Below are positions 40,101 to 53,328 of a stretch of DNA of 64,000 nt, piece by piece (position 1 is the stretch's first letter; each line of letters begins with the position of its first letter). The translations under genes were made by a program, and so were the position numbers. The notes under the pieces were generated by a model. The model did no database searches and was not told the origin of the DNA. It saw only the letters and a list, made by a program, of their open reading frames with translations. The DNA comes from Tubulanus polymorphus. Taxonomy: Eukaryota > Animalia > Nemertea. The stretch lies in NCBI RefSeq assembly GCF_964204645.1, contig NC_134026.1, positions 27,376,150-27,440,149 of the forward strand. The letters run 5' to 3'.

Positions 40101-43100
40101 TGTCACACGAAAACGGCTTATTCCATTAAGCGTAGTTTGTTTCAATTAATTTCAGTCCGGGATGCAAGATAATTCAATTCCCGAATGATTTATAATATTT
40201 GCGCTTGCGCAGTTTTTATCATCGTTCGCGTATGACACCGAAATTAATTACAAGTTGGAACCGAGAAGAGCCTCGAGATTACAACGAATAGCCATAAAAC
40301 TGTAGAAACATCGCCATCGTTTCTTGATTCGATTATTGTTTTCGATTTTATCAAAGTTAAGAACGCATTTGCAGTGCGTCAAACTGTACTCGTTTGCAAA
40401 CCTTGAAGTGTTCGAGTCGTGCTCTGCATGATCCAGCCAGTTATTCTCAAGACATAATTTCGACGAATTCCAAAATACATGGCAAAGTACTTGCCAGATA
40501 TGTCACCGATAAAATTTATAGAAGCGATTAGAATGATTTAAAAATCAGAAAGATCAGAAAGCCTTTTAAAGAAATGAAAAAGACGAAATAGTGATATATC
40601 TGATATATCGTGGTTATCTGATTCAGTACGACGGGTCAGAAAATGCATCTCCGTGAAATTAGTCTTTATAATGCGGACCTCAGCCGTCACAATTGATTGT
40701 TTTCAGAAAGTCAAACAAGTAATCCGTCGAAATAGTTTAATCTTTGATTAGTTTACATTTCTGATAAGGATACAGCAATTCAATTTAGAACAAGTCGAGT
40801 TTTAATGTTGTAGATTTAACTGTCATAGATTTACATCTTAGAAAAACATAATCGCTGGAATATTTCGAAATCTCAAAATCCTAATAAAACTAGGCAAAAT
40901 ACTGCATTGATAATACCGAAAAGATAGTAATAAAGACGATCCATTCCAAAAACCGAGAGTTCTCATTCGATCGTTTTCCTTTTAGCTTTCAGACATACAC
41001 ACATTTTCTCTGGTGACTAATTTGTAACTATCTTTTTTTAATGAAATAGTTTAAGACTGGTCTTTGCCGAACCTTGGGCAATCAATGCTGAGTCTTATTA
41101 AAGTAAACGCCTCTGTCAAACGCAATAGATAGATGGTCGATTCATGATGTTTATTCGCATAAGTTTGTACCCATGATAGAACATCATTTGCCCTGAAACA
41201 GTGGATTGAAACGGCCCCCGATCTCCCGGCGGAGGAGATTGAATAATAAAACTGACGGCCAGTAACGCCACGACCTATCAACTGAGACGGGTCTCCAACG
41301 TTGATTAAAGATTCTTTCATTCTCCGGAGAAAATAAGATTGATTCGTAAATCATAGAGGCCAAATATCACAAAACGTCGTACAATAGCTCAATATTAGCC
41401 CATTTGTTCTGTAAGAAAGTTTTGAATTAACTGTACTGTTTGACAAAGCCTGTGAAACGGGAGTAAATTAACGCTGATATTTGCACTAGAGATGAAAAAC
41501 GATCATCCTTCCAGACTTTTACCCCGGCACGAACGCCGAGCGAAATGACTGAGCATAAAACTGGCAAAGAAGGCAAACATGAACACAGAGGAGACCAGAC
41601 AATGATACAGTTGATGTCTACTGACAGCGACTTATCACTTTCATTGTTCATGTGGTCACGGAACGCGTGAGGACAATACCTGATTTTTGGCAAATTCTCT
41701 GACGACCGGAAAGCATCACCCCGTTACTTTATAATCGTATTAAATGATTAAACCGCGCAATTGAGAAAGTTGATTGCTATTTCATCGAATCTCTTCACGC
41801 TTAATCATCTTGGCTATAAAAAATTACGATAAGAATACCTTCATTAATTTTAGCAAACATTCCGCACGCCCGCATGATCGAGAAATATGGCGACATTATT
41901 TCTCTGTTTAGAAGGGGTGATCTTTGAACTTTCACAAAATGTTTTTTTTTCGGTAATATTTTCACAAAAGCATTTAAGCCGATACTGTTGGAGATCAGTC
42001 TGTTTACTTACGGAAACTGGCGACACATTTGTAAATATTCGCAAAACAGATTTGAAAATAGAATGCTTAACGGCCACCGTTCAGTGTCTATGGCCAGTTG
42101 TTGTATCGTTAAATGCTCCCAGTTGGACACTTTCTCTTCCGTGTGCTAATTGAAACACTTTTATTGCCTTATTATTATTCTAGCTTACTGCAAAACCAAT
42201 GGCCATCGTTTGGCGAAAGAAAATATTCTTGGGAATGTTTACTGCGAATATCAAACAGCAAGTTTGTTATTACAGTCACGCGGTATATGAGGCATGTGGG
42301 GGACAGACACAGGCATTTGGGGGTTTTAATGAGCGGTGATATTCAACTGAAACATGAACGGGCGGGCAGAAGGTTGTTAAACGCTATCAACTGAAGTGGA
42401 AGCCCTTATTATGAACAACAAGATCTGGCTAATTCGCGTTCTTTTACTCGATTATTTCATTGCCGAGAAACAGCTTTTGTTCCCATGAAAACTTTCTTCA
42501 ATGATTGATATAAATTTCGGTAGAATGATGCACCCATCTGTCAGCCGAACCAACTGTACACGAGTGTCCAAACGATAACGCTATCTGCTCACTGGATATT
42601 ACCCTTTGAATAGATTTTATTTGATTTCATTCGATATTATTTGATTTAGCTCCATCTTTAATCCCAGCCATGATCACATTTAGGCAATACCATTTATTTC
42701 AGAATCGCTCATTTCTTTGTCGGTTCCATTTGCGGAGACGATGCGCGGGGAATGGAATATAAACTGTACGGCTATTTATTATCCTCCATAGAAAGTAATA
42801 ATGTCTTCTGCCGAATCAATCAAATGCTTGGGAATCATTTTGAGAGAGGTTACTGCTCTTCCCATTGAGAGCTCGGTTACAAAAGTCACTTTAGGCAATC
42901 TATCACCGGAAACGGTAATTAGACTTGGCCAAACGTCTGATGAATTCTGACTTAACGACGTCTGATGGGGCTCGTTCGCTCATCTGACTGATTAAAACGC
43001 ATCATCCAGTCATGTTAATTCGACAAAAGTAAATACATTCAGTTCAGCCTTTCAATTTAATCAACTTCCATAAAATGATCCAAAATCTCATCTTGATTAA

Positions 43101-44776
43101 ATCGTTTATGTTTTTGTAAATTCAGCACGCGTTTCTCGCAGGGCGCGGATCGGCCCGGCGGGGTCGGCCAGATTTTGGGCTGCCAACGATGAAAATGCGA
43201 AGCATATAATCATACGAAAACTTTTGAAAAAAAGTATTTCAGGCATTTTCGTTATAATAACCGAGCAGAATTAGTGAAATTTTTCATCGTGTCTAAACGG
43301 TAGAAAAATATCATCTCAGTCGAACAAGAAAAAGTGTCAAAAATTGATTATCGCCGGCAAGCGATGAATTATTGCTATGTCAAATGTCACGTAGGTCAAA
43401 CGCAAAGATTTCATTTGCCAATCGCTTTTGTGTTTGAGAAGCAATCGCCGAGTGCAATTATTATTCCGTCTCGTATACCGATGATGCAGATGCAGGTCGC
43501 AAAAAAGCGCATAAAGCGGGCTATTTTTCCATTCGAGTATTGTAACTGTGTCGTCGTAGAGACCCTCATTCGTCATCGGGACTGACGTTTATAGCGGGGA
43601 ATTCTGCCTCCCATTTCTCGTACCCTCTGTATGCCCGTGAAGGCAAAGTCTTTGTGGTGTACTGTTATTGATGAGTTCTGAGGCCATATAAGTGCGTAAC
43701 TGTGACATCGATGATTTAACTAGACATTCATTTAATCATGACACAATGACGGATCGACGACGGCGCCCGATTGAAACGTTTACGTGTCCCATCTTCATCA
43801 CCAGACGAAAGGTTCTCTACACCGTAGAATGACGTGAATATGAAATGAATTAACCCACGATGAAATATGACAACAGTTCTTTTTTCAATTTTCTTTCAAA
43901 CAAGCGACAAAAAGTATCCTCAATCTTAGGAACGTAGAGCAAATCGTCCTTGATTGAGATAACCATAGTTGCTGAATATCGAAGCAAAAATTTTTGTAAA
44001 CTATTTCAATGGGGTTAAGAATGTTCAGCATGAAGACGGGGAAGCTATTTCAGTTTATGGTAGTCGTTGCCCAGCGATGACTTCGTCAAATCGTCCGCCA
44101 TCTATCGCATTTTATGCTTAAACTTCAAGTCATCGCGCTATGTTTGGTACGCAAATACAGTTACTCAAGCATGCCGAATTCTATAAATGCCTTCATTCCC
44201 AGAGGAGCGAGGGCCACTTTGCCTATTGATAAACAATTTCATAAACACCTCATTTTCATTGCTGAAGTTAGAATCGTATGATTAATCCATCACAGCTTAT
44301 TCAGTGTAGGAATCATTTTCAAAACCACAACATAAAGCAGATGTAAGATGAGCGGTCCCTCCCTTTAATTATATAAACTGCATTGATGTATGTTTTTCTT
44401 TTTTCTTTTACTATATACGACTGATCAGGTAACATTGACAACGAGTGACTGGTAACATGAGCTGGTTGACGAATCGTGTAACATGTAAAATGTTGTTCAT
44501 ATGAAACAGTAATGAATTAACTGATTGATCTATAATATGTTCTGCATTTCTTGGTAGGAATAATGTATATCACGCCATGTTTTTTATTTGTTATATGGTA
44601 TTCAGGTTATGGATTTGTGTTTAATCACGAAAACCTAATCATATTCAGTACGTGTTATAAAACGCCGAAAATAACGACAAAGCGGAAAGGTTTCTTAAGC
44701 TCCTTATGGAATCTGTCGCGCAAGGAAATCTCTCCCGGTTAAAGAAAGGAGTTTGCAAAACGTCACGGCAGCGGGT

Positions 44777-46918
44777 ATGCGGCTAGTTGATAAGAATATG
44801 GCAATGGTGTATTTTCGTGAAATATGGAAAGTTTTAGTTTTATTGCTATTGATGATTTTGCTCGTGGATTATTCGAAGGAAATCATCATACCAGACGTCA
44901 CCGATGAACCGTTTACGATTGCGGGTGATTTGATTTTAGGAGTTGTAAAATCAATTGGGCAAAATGATAAGAGAACGTCCGCGTGTAATGGAAAGGTCTC
45001 TATAGGAGGAGTGATAACTGTTGAAATGTTTTCATTCGCCATTGCTCAAGTAAACGCTAACAAGTCGTTGCTTCCTGGTATCAAATTAGGTATGCGTTTT
45101 TTCGATACTTGTGGTAGTGAACGTATGGCTGTTGCTCGGCCGATGCAGCTACTTGATGCGATGTGCCCGCAAAATAATGCCCGAACATACGGTCAACTCG
45201 TGGGCGCTATCGGAGATGGCCGATCCAAATATGTGGTCCACGAAGCGCGAATATTGCGGCAATTTTCTTTACCAGTGATGTCCACAGCGGCAACATCCGA
45301 CGAATTAAGCGACCAAAAAGCATTTCCATATTTCTTGAGAACAGCTCCTCCCGATGAATTTCAGACAACTGTTATGGTAGATATCTTGACGCAGTTCAAC
45401 TGGAGTTACTTTTCTATGTTGTATGTCGATGATTCCTACGGTATTTTTGCCTTGAATAATCTTTACCATCGTTCGAAACAAAAAGGTATCTGCATGGCCT
45501 ACAGTAAATCGATTGGTGATCTGACAACAGACGATGAATACGAAGATATCATAAAAACTCTTTGGAAACAAAAACGGGCAAGAGTGATAATCTCGTTTCT
45601 TTCTGGAAAGCACTTGTTTCGCCTTCTGCATAAACTAAAAAAATTCTTGGAAGTCAAGAAGGCAGAAAGCAATCATTTCATTTGGATTGGTAGTGATGCA
45701 TTCAGAAGTCCCTCTTCATGGGAGGATAAAGAAATGGGCGTCGGTTCCATTTATATCGATCTTGATTTTAAGACTATACACGAGAAATCGTTCTACCATT
45801 ATTTCGGACTACTGACTTATGAAAATATCACAAATCCGTGGAAGGATATTTTAGTTGAATATTTGTTCAATTGTACGTGGAACTCGTCTCCAAACTGGAG
45901 ATATTTACACTGTGAAAAATTCCAGAACGTGTCTTTTAATGAAAGCGAACGATTTAAAGATATAGCGAACGATGCGAGTTCGAAATTTGCCACGACACAT
46001 GATTGCATTTTTGCATTCGCATTTGCAATCCAAGAAATGATTTCGCAAAGATGTCCCAATGTATCGTCGGGTGACACGAACACGCTTGAGGTCTGCATCC
46101 ACGGTCACTTATTGTACGACTATCTCTTAAATGTATCATTTACGGGTTTAGCTGGACCGATTGCGTTTGACAGTGTTGGTAATGGAATGACTGGTTATAA
46201 GATATCTCAGTTTCAATACAACCCCGCTGATGGATTCCGCCATGTTGTTATCGGTAACTGGGATCGGGCACGCGAAAGTATTCATATAGAAATGAATAAG
46301 ATGAATTGGAACGCAATAACAAATACAGCCCCGCGGTCTTACTGTTCAGAACCATGTCCACCGGGGCATTACAGTATAACACTTGACGTTCACTGTTGTT
46401 GGAAATGTCAGCCTTGTCGTAGTAACGAAATCACTAACTTCAATAAAACTGATTGTGTCCAATGCAAAGAATTTAGCTGGCCTGACCAAAATACATTTCT
46501 AGATTGCGTGGAGATTGCAGCCGTGGCACTGAATGTCAGTCATCCAGTGGGTATCACTCTGATCGTCCTAGTGACTGCTGGACTAGTGATTGATATATTG
46601 ATAGTATCAGTATATATAAGATACAGGCACGAGCGTTTGATTAAGGCGGCAAGTCGTGAACTCAGTTTTGTGACGCTTTTCGGAACATCTATTAGTTTTC
46701 TACTGGTGTTGGTTCTTCTTGCTAAACCGAGCAGTATCACCTGTAGTATCCATAGAATCGGTTTCAACGTCAGCTATTCGATCATTTACTGCCCTTTACT
46801 CGTAAAAACCAATAGAATATATCGCATATTTTCGGCTGGAAAACGGGGTTTGTCCCAGATTCGATACATTAGTGGAAACTTCCAGATGTTCGCTACAACA
46901 GCACTCATTACCATACAG
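44777..46918 (+). CDS. Class C GPCR (mGluR-like) 5' exon A: signal peptide, Venus flytrap, Cys-rich domain, TM1 to mid-TM4; no private terminal exon
   Basis: Uninterrupted ORF with LLPGIKLG..DTC, ATSDELSD..FPYFLRTAPPD, WIGSDA, CSEPC..CCWKC, LIKAASRELS and LLVKTNRIYRIF. It ends at a phase-0 donor ATACAG/GTAATG. The start could be a nearby downstream ATG. Confidence 0.85.
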
Positions 46919-47843
46919 GTAATGCATGTCATCAATCGCATGTCTTCTTCTCTGCCATTACAGATTTAACAATGTCTATTTTACGTTATGAAAGGAAATT
47001 TAGCATTCATTAATGTTTCATTTCACGAATATCAACCATAAAGCGTGGAGTTAAAAATGGCAACAGATTTGGCAATTAGATTAATTCCATCGGCACACAT
47101 CATACGTGTTGTTCAATATTGCATTATGTTAGGATGTAGATTTGTCGCTGTGTTCAGTGGTCTGGGTGCTGCTTTTCCTGTTTTTGTTACATACAAAGGC
47201 CTTTATATAAGATGATATTTATGAAATGACATTTTCTAGTTTGGACGTTGAAATCGACGAAACAAATAGTACAACATGATACGTATAACGCCTTTTTTGT
47301 TAAATTTTCTTTGTCACATTAAGAGATAATTTAGATAAGCCTTAAGGAGGAAAATCGGATTTTCGCCCGTGTTTAGTTGTTTTTAGGTAATTTGCATGAA
47401 ACACTAATTATAGACGGAACTAACTAAAATGAAAAAGGAATTCCTGTTCGAAAACTCGACCATCTTCAATTAGCTTAGACGCCTCCGTACGAAATATAAT
47501 CATTCCAATGGTGCTAAAAAATGCTTTGAACAGCGAGATAAAATGTATCAGTGACAAGTTCATTACTGAGAATTACTGAGGAAAAGAAAGTTTATCTTTT
47601 CGACTTTCATTAGCGAGGTGACACTGATCGAATATTTCTTTATTGTATCCCCGAGATATTCATGTGATCTGCAAATTCATCTAATTAGGCGAAAAACCGT
47701 TGGGTATCTTACGCGCATTTAGAAACAAAAGTCTTTGATTGGCCACACCCGTATTGACATTTTCTGACGCAATCGAACGAGCGCTGATTTTATAAATCAG
47801 GAATCCACCTGATACCGGTAGTTGCATTTGCAGCAAGCTTACA

Positions 47844-50800
47844 ATGGAACAGTTAGTTTTGCTTCTAACCATTGTATTAGTTTTTTTATTTAGTGACGTA
47901 ACATGTATCTATGTTCCTGATGTCGGTAATGACACATTCGAAATAAATGGTGACGTTATTTTGGGTGTCGTTAAATCTATCGGCCGATCAAAAAATACAT
48001 CCACGAATTTATGTACAGGAGATTATTCGTTACGACGCTTGATTGAGTTAGAACAAATTGTATTCATGGTCGACAACATAAACAAAGATCCATCGATGCT
48101 CCACGGACTTAGTCTTGGCTTACGAATTCTCGATACGTGCAGGAGCGAAAGACTTGCTGTTTCTAGATCCTTACAGGCTGTCAATACGGAATATTTTAGC
48201 AGTGGAATGGACCTACTGGCACCTTTGATCGGGGTACTAGGAGATAGTTGGTCTCGATATGTAGTTCTCGAATCTCGTATTTTACAGCAATATTACGTTC
48301 CGGTTATTAGTTCATCCGCGACATCCGATGAATTGAGCGATCGAAATGATTTTCCTTTCTTTATAAGACCGGTTCCACCGGATAAATATCAAACCGAAGC
48401 AATGTTGGATATTATGGAATATTTCAACTGGACGTATGTATCGATGTTGTACGAGAGTGATACGTATGGCATAAACGCAATGACCCATGTTTACCGTCAG
48501 ACTAAGAAAAGAGGGATGTGCCTAGCGTATGTGAAGGCAATAAGTTCATCGGATATGACTGATGATGAATATGAAGACATAGCTAAAGGTCTATATGACA
48601 AAAAGGAAGCATCAATCATAATTTCATTTTTGCCCAATTCGGCCGCTAACAAAGTCATTGAAAAACTCCAAGCGTATACATTAGGCAGGAATCATTTTGT
48701 ATGGCTTGGAAGCGACGCTTTTTCCATCTGGAGACAGTTCTCCTCGATATCCATGGGGTCAGTTTATATCCGGCTTGATTTGAATTCGGCTTCACGGGAT
48801 AGCTTTGGTGAGTACTTTCTTTCGCGGACTTATGGTGATCTGACCAGCCCCTGGAAAGAAGCCTTAACGGAACTGGCATTCAATTGCAGTTTTCAAGCCA
48901 ATACCTGCAATAATCATAAAGATAGAAAATACAACGAAAGCATATTAAATCTTGACCAAACAAGCTACAGACTTAAGGGTAATTCCACCCGGTATGCTAA
49001 AACGTACGATGAGATATATACATTTGCACGTGCATTGCATCGCCTTTTAGAGGATAAGTGTAAAAACATTACCGATAAAAACCTCTTGATGAAATGCACC
49101 AGAGAACATCTAAAACGTGGTGGTATCTACGACTTCCTACTCACGACGTCGTTTCAGGGTCTCGCTGAAAAAGTAACGTTTGACAGCAACGGAGATGGCA
49201 TGGCAAATTATAAGATATTACAATATACGGAAAACGGTTCGACAAGGATTGGTACTTGGAATAGAAAAACTAGGAAACTGACAATAGACAAAATTGCAAT
49301 ATTTTGGAATAGAACTAATACTCCAGAGTCAGTTTGCACTAATTATTTGTGTGGAGCAAACCAATATAAGATAACATTACAGGTTCCATGTTGTTGGAAA
49401 TGTCATACTTGCCGAAATAACGAATATGTCAACGGATCCGAATGCATCCCATGTGATGTTTTTACCTGGCCTCACCAAGTAACGTTCAAATTTTGTGTTC
49501 CGATTCAACCGACATATTTGAATATTTTCCATACCGTTGGCGCAACTTTGATATTCATTTCAGTGATAGGATTCATAGGAAACGTGTCTATATTTGCAAT
49601 TTATGTTAAATATCGTGCAGAACGCCTGGTCAAAGCATCCAGCAAGGAACTTAGCTTTATAACTTTGGCCGGGTGTTTGTTTAGCTTCTTGGTCACAGTA
49701 CTAATGGTTTTGCGACCGAATCGCGCCCTGTGTTACTCACAAAGACTGTCGTTTAATACAATTTACACAGTTATATATGCGCCGTTATTAACGAAAACAA
49801 TGCGTATTTATCGTATTTTCTCTGGAAGTAAAAGGGGAACCGCGAAATTAAGGTTTATCCGTACAAAGCATCAGTTGATCATTACTGGAATAATGATAAC
49901 CATACAGGTAAGCTCTTCGTAAAATCATTAATCAAGGATTACCAAAATTAGCAATTTTCAATTGGTAATTTCGTTAATTTTTGCTGATTTTTTCATTTTC
50001 CCTCAGCCTTTCAGCCTCCGGCATGAAAACCCACTTTTACCAATTCTCCGTGGATTTTACGTTCGAAAATTAGCCATTTATTTACATCGATTAATTGATG
50101 TTCAAATTACCTCCGTTAGCCATTCCATCAAAATAGAAACGAACCTAACTAAAAGAGTAAAGGCCGCATTTCTTTTGATCATGAAGTTTTTGTGCGAATA
50201 TGTTTTCAATCGTTAGAGCATTCATGGAATGATAGAAAGGAACGCGATGACATTTTGTGACATCAAAGCAACCGGAGGCTTGTTGTAATTCACGTTAACC
50301 ATGTACTTCGATACATTTATATATATATATATATATATATATACGTAAAAAGTTGGGTTTTTTCTCGAGGCATCAAAACATAGTCAACAGAAAATGTCTT
50401 GTTTACGGGGATTTCAAATGTTTTAGCTAGGTTTCATCGATCTTTTTTTTGAATCTAGATAAAATGTCATTATTTTACGCTGTTTTTACCCTGGTGAATT
50501 TTCGATCATCAAATGTAAAAAGATACCCAATTTTCAAAGCTATGAAGCGCGAAGTACCCCCATCATCTCAAACATTTCATATTGATTGTGCCGCTATTTT
50601 CTAGCTATTTTCGTCAGAAATCATTCGAATGTAATATCTACAGATAAAAAGTTAATACCAGCTATAAAACATATTTCATTCTAGGCGAACGTACCAAAAA
50701 AACAACAATTTTACCCTTATGATATTTTATGATCAGAGGGATTTGTATACAATTAATCAAACGTAAGCCGATATCACGAGTATAAGACCTTGTTGTTCTT

Positions 50801-51835
50801 GTTACAAACATCAATGGTCTTAGTAAAGTCAGAAGCTCTTGTCATCTTTGAGAAGTGTTTTCGAAAACCGCCTCATTCAATCGCGGTGTTTTTCATTCGT
50901 TCTTTAAGATGATTTAGATGATGATCGGCTCGTACCAACATTTTAATACCTTTTTTATATGTATATAATATACAATATTGTTTTTGAGTAAAGTTGGGGA
51001 CATTGATTAGATTCATAGTACGCCTTTTAACTCCGGGCAAATATGGACATATGCACTCTGTTGTGTTGTTATTGTTTGAAGACGAATCTATTCCATTATT
51101 TTACATTAGAACATTATTGAACACCTTCAATATTAGAATTGGAACATAATGGATATCTTTATCTTTTTGTCCGAATATACGGCTGGGAGTGATCTCTAAA
51201 AAAATGTGAACGGCGCGTACGTTTATCTAAATTAATCGATGTTCTTTACAAAGAAAAGTTATTGATCATCGATCATGTTTATGTTTTAGGTAATCATAAC
51301 AGCGATTACAGCCATTTATTATCCGCCGAGAGAGAAACTGGAGATGCCCGTGAGGACGGAGCCATACGTTGAATTGCTGTGTGACCTTCCCGTCGTGGCG
51401 TTAACAGCGCCACTTTCCTATAATATACTGCTCGTCTTTATTTCGGCGATCTACGGCTATTTGACAAGACGTTTGCCAGAAAACTTTAACGAGTCACGTT
51501 ACATATTCCTGTCAGTCTGTTCAACATTATTCATCTGGATCGCATTTCTGCCGACTTATTTTTCAGCCGCAACAGCGATCCACCAAACGATGCTTTTGGC
51601 GTTATCCTTGCTTTTAAACTCGTTTGTAATTTTATTGTGTATATTTGTGACACGGGTTTATGCTTTATTATGCGTTGATACTTCAAATTTGTCTTATTTC
51701 AACACGATGACCACCGCTACGACGTCGAGGCGTTTTCCAACTAACGTCGTAGAACCAAGTGAATCTTTAAATGGAGAACGGTCTGGAATTTTTAACTTAT
51801 CGAGTTCATTAAACCAGTCCTCCAATGTAGAATGA
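47844..51835 (+). CDS. Class C GPCR (mGluR-like): 5' exon B (47844-49907) plus terminal exon (51290-51835, TM4 end to TM7 and tail)
   Basis: Same domain motifs as exon A. Phase-0 donor ATACAG/GTAAGC and acceptor TTTTAG/GTAATC. The terminal exon encodes VELLC, YNILL and TRRLPENFNESRYIF..IWIAFLPTYF. Confidence 0.92.
50319..50343. repeat. (TA)n microsatellite
   Basis: About 12 TA units read directly. Confidence 0.9.
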
Positions 51836-53328
51836 GATTTAAAGCAATAATTTTGAGAAAAAAAACTTAATTCAAAACAGACAGATAGTGCCTGTACCTT
51901 CGAGTCTGAGAATGTCATCCAATAAGCTGTTCCATACAAGTGTTATAGGCAGTAGTTTATCGTTAGATATAAATTTGTGCATTAGAATTAATACTATACT
52001 TGCGGCTCGCTAGTAAATTGCACCAAGAATTCTGTATTTTAGCATCGATTGTTGTTTAGGAACTGGTGTATCATATATCTGAATGTTTTGGATCGTCCGT
52101 AAACAGTGTATTTTGAAATTAAATCTAGTCATGTCAACGTATATTAATTACACGTTTCCATTATTTCGCCAGAAGGGCTTCGGTCGTTTCAGGAGGAACA
52201 TGGTTTATCTTGCGGCAATGAACTGACATTTTGCTCTGTACAATACGCTGAAGGCAACCATCAGAAATGTGTAATATATATAAATATATAAAACCAACAC
52301 GACGCTATAATCTAATATATCAAAGATTTATTCAGTATATACACGTAATTGTAAATCATTATAATTTTAAGTTGAAAGACTTTTCGAACAGTTTACATAT
52401 CTTTGATATTAAATCGCAGTCATTCCCGTATAACCAACAATAACCTGCATCATATAAGTAGTTGACCTCGTGCATAACTGCACCTACATCCGATGTAAAC
52501 TTAAAACTACTATCAGATTTTTGAAGCCACGATCAGATGTAGATTTACCGGTACTTCTTTGTAAGTAAGTCATATTGTGGCAGTGATAAGTTCAGAGCAG
52601 CCGAACTGGGTTAAGACATCAACAAATAAGTCGTCATATTACCTACGTACGTGGTCAGTAATTTTAGTCCAAATTTGTGCACTTCCAACATTTCCAACTT
52701 AAATTTTTTAGGGCAAGTCATCATTTGGATAAGATGTACACAAAATGATCGCCCAAGCTGTAACAAATTAAGCTAGTTCGACTGGACTTGGAAGATAATA
52801 GTGTCTTGAGATCATAAGGCATTTCTGGTTATGTGGAATGAATATCATTTGAAAAGATTCACCAAGTTGATATGTCATTTGGCTAACAATCAACTCGCAT
52901 TTTCTTATACTACATAATTTAGCACCTTAAATGATACATCGAATAAATACAAATAAGCCCATTCATTACTAATTAGAAGAAATAACAATTATCATCTAAG
53001 ATTTAATCAAATATTTGAAATAAAAAGACAAAATAGAAATAAAATGAAGACTTATCAGAATTCAGCTCATCTAGCAGTTAGCTTCATTGATATTATCTAA
53101 GAACACGAAAAATAAATGTAGTGTACAACTTTAACAAAGAAAATGTCAAACAATACCAATAATTTCCTAAGAGAATATAATGGAAATCAATGAAAATAAT
53201 CTTATGATTAAAAATAGACCATGCAAAGGAGGAAAAAGATGAACACAAAGAATGTGAATTGTCACAGGGAGAAATATCAGGGTTTTAAGAAATGAAGACT
53301 CAAACTGGAAGATTCTGCTGCCTCGTTA

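Noticed and set aside
43126-43640. GC-rich ends suggesting a MITE
   Set aside because: The inverted similarity is weak and no target-site duplication could be identified.
47372-47410. Acceptor-like TTTTTAG/GTAATT as a private terminal exon for GPCR exon A
   Set aside because: An in-frame stop follows after six codons and there is no TM5-7 similarity.
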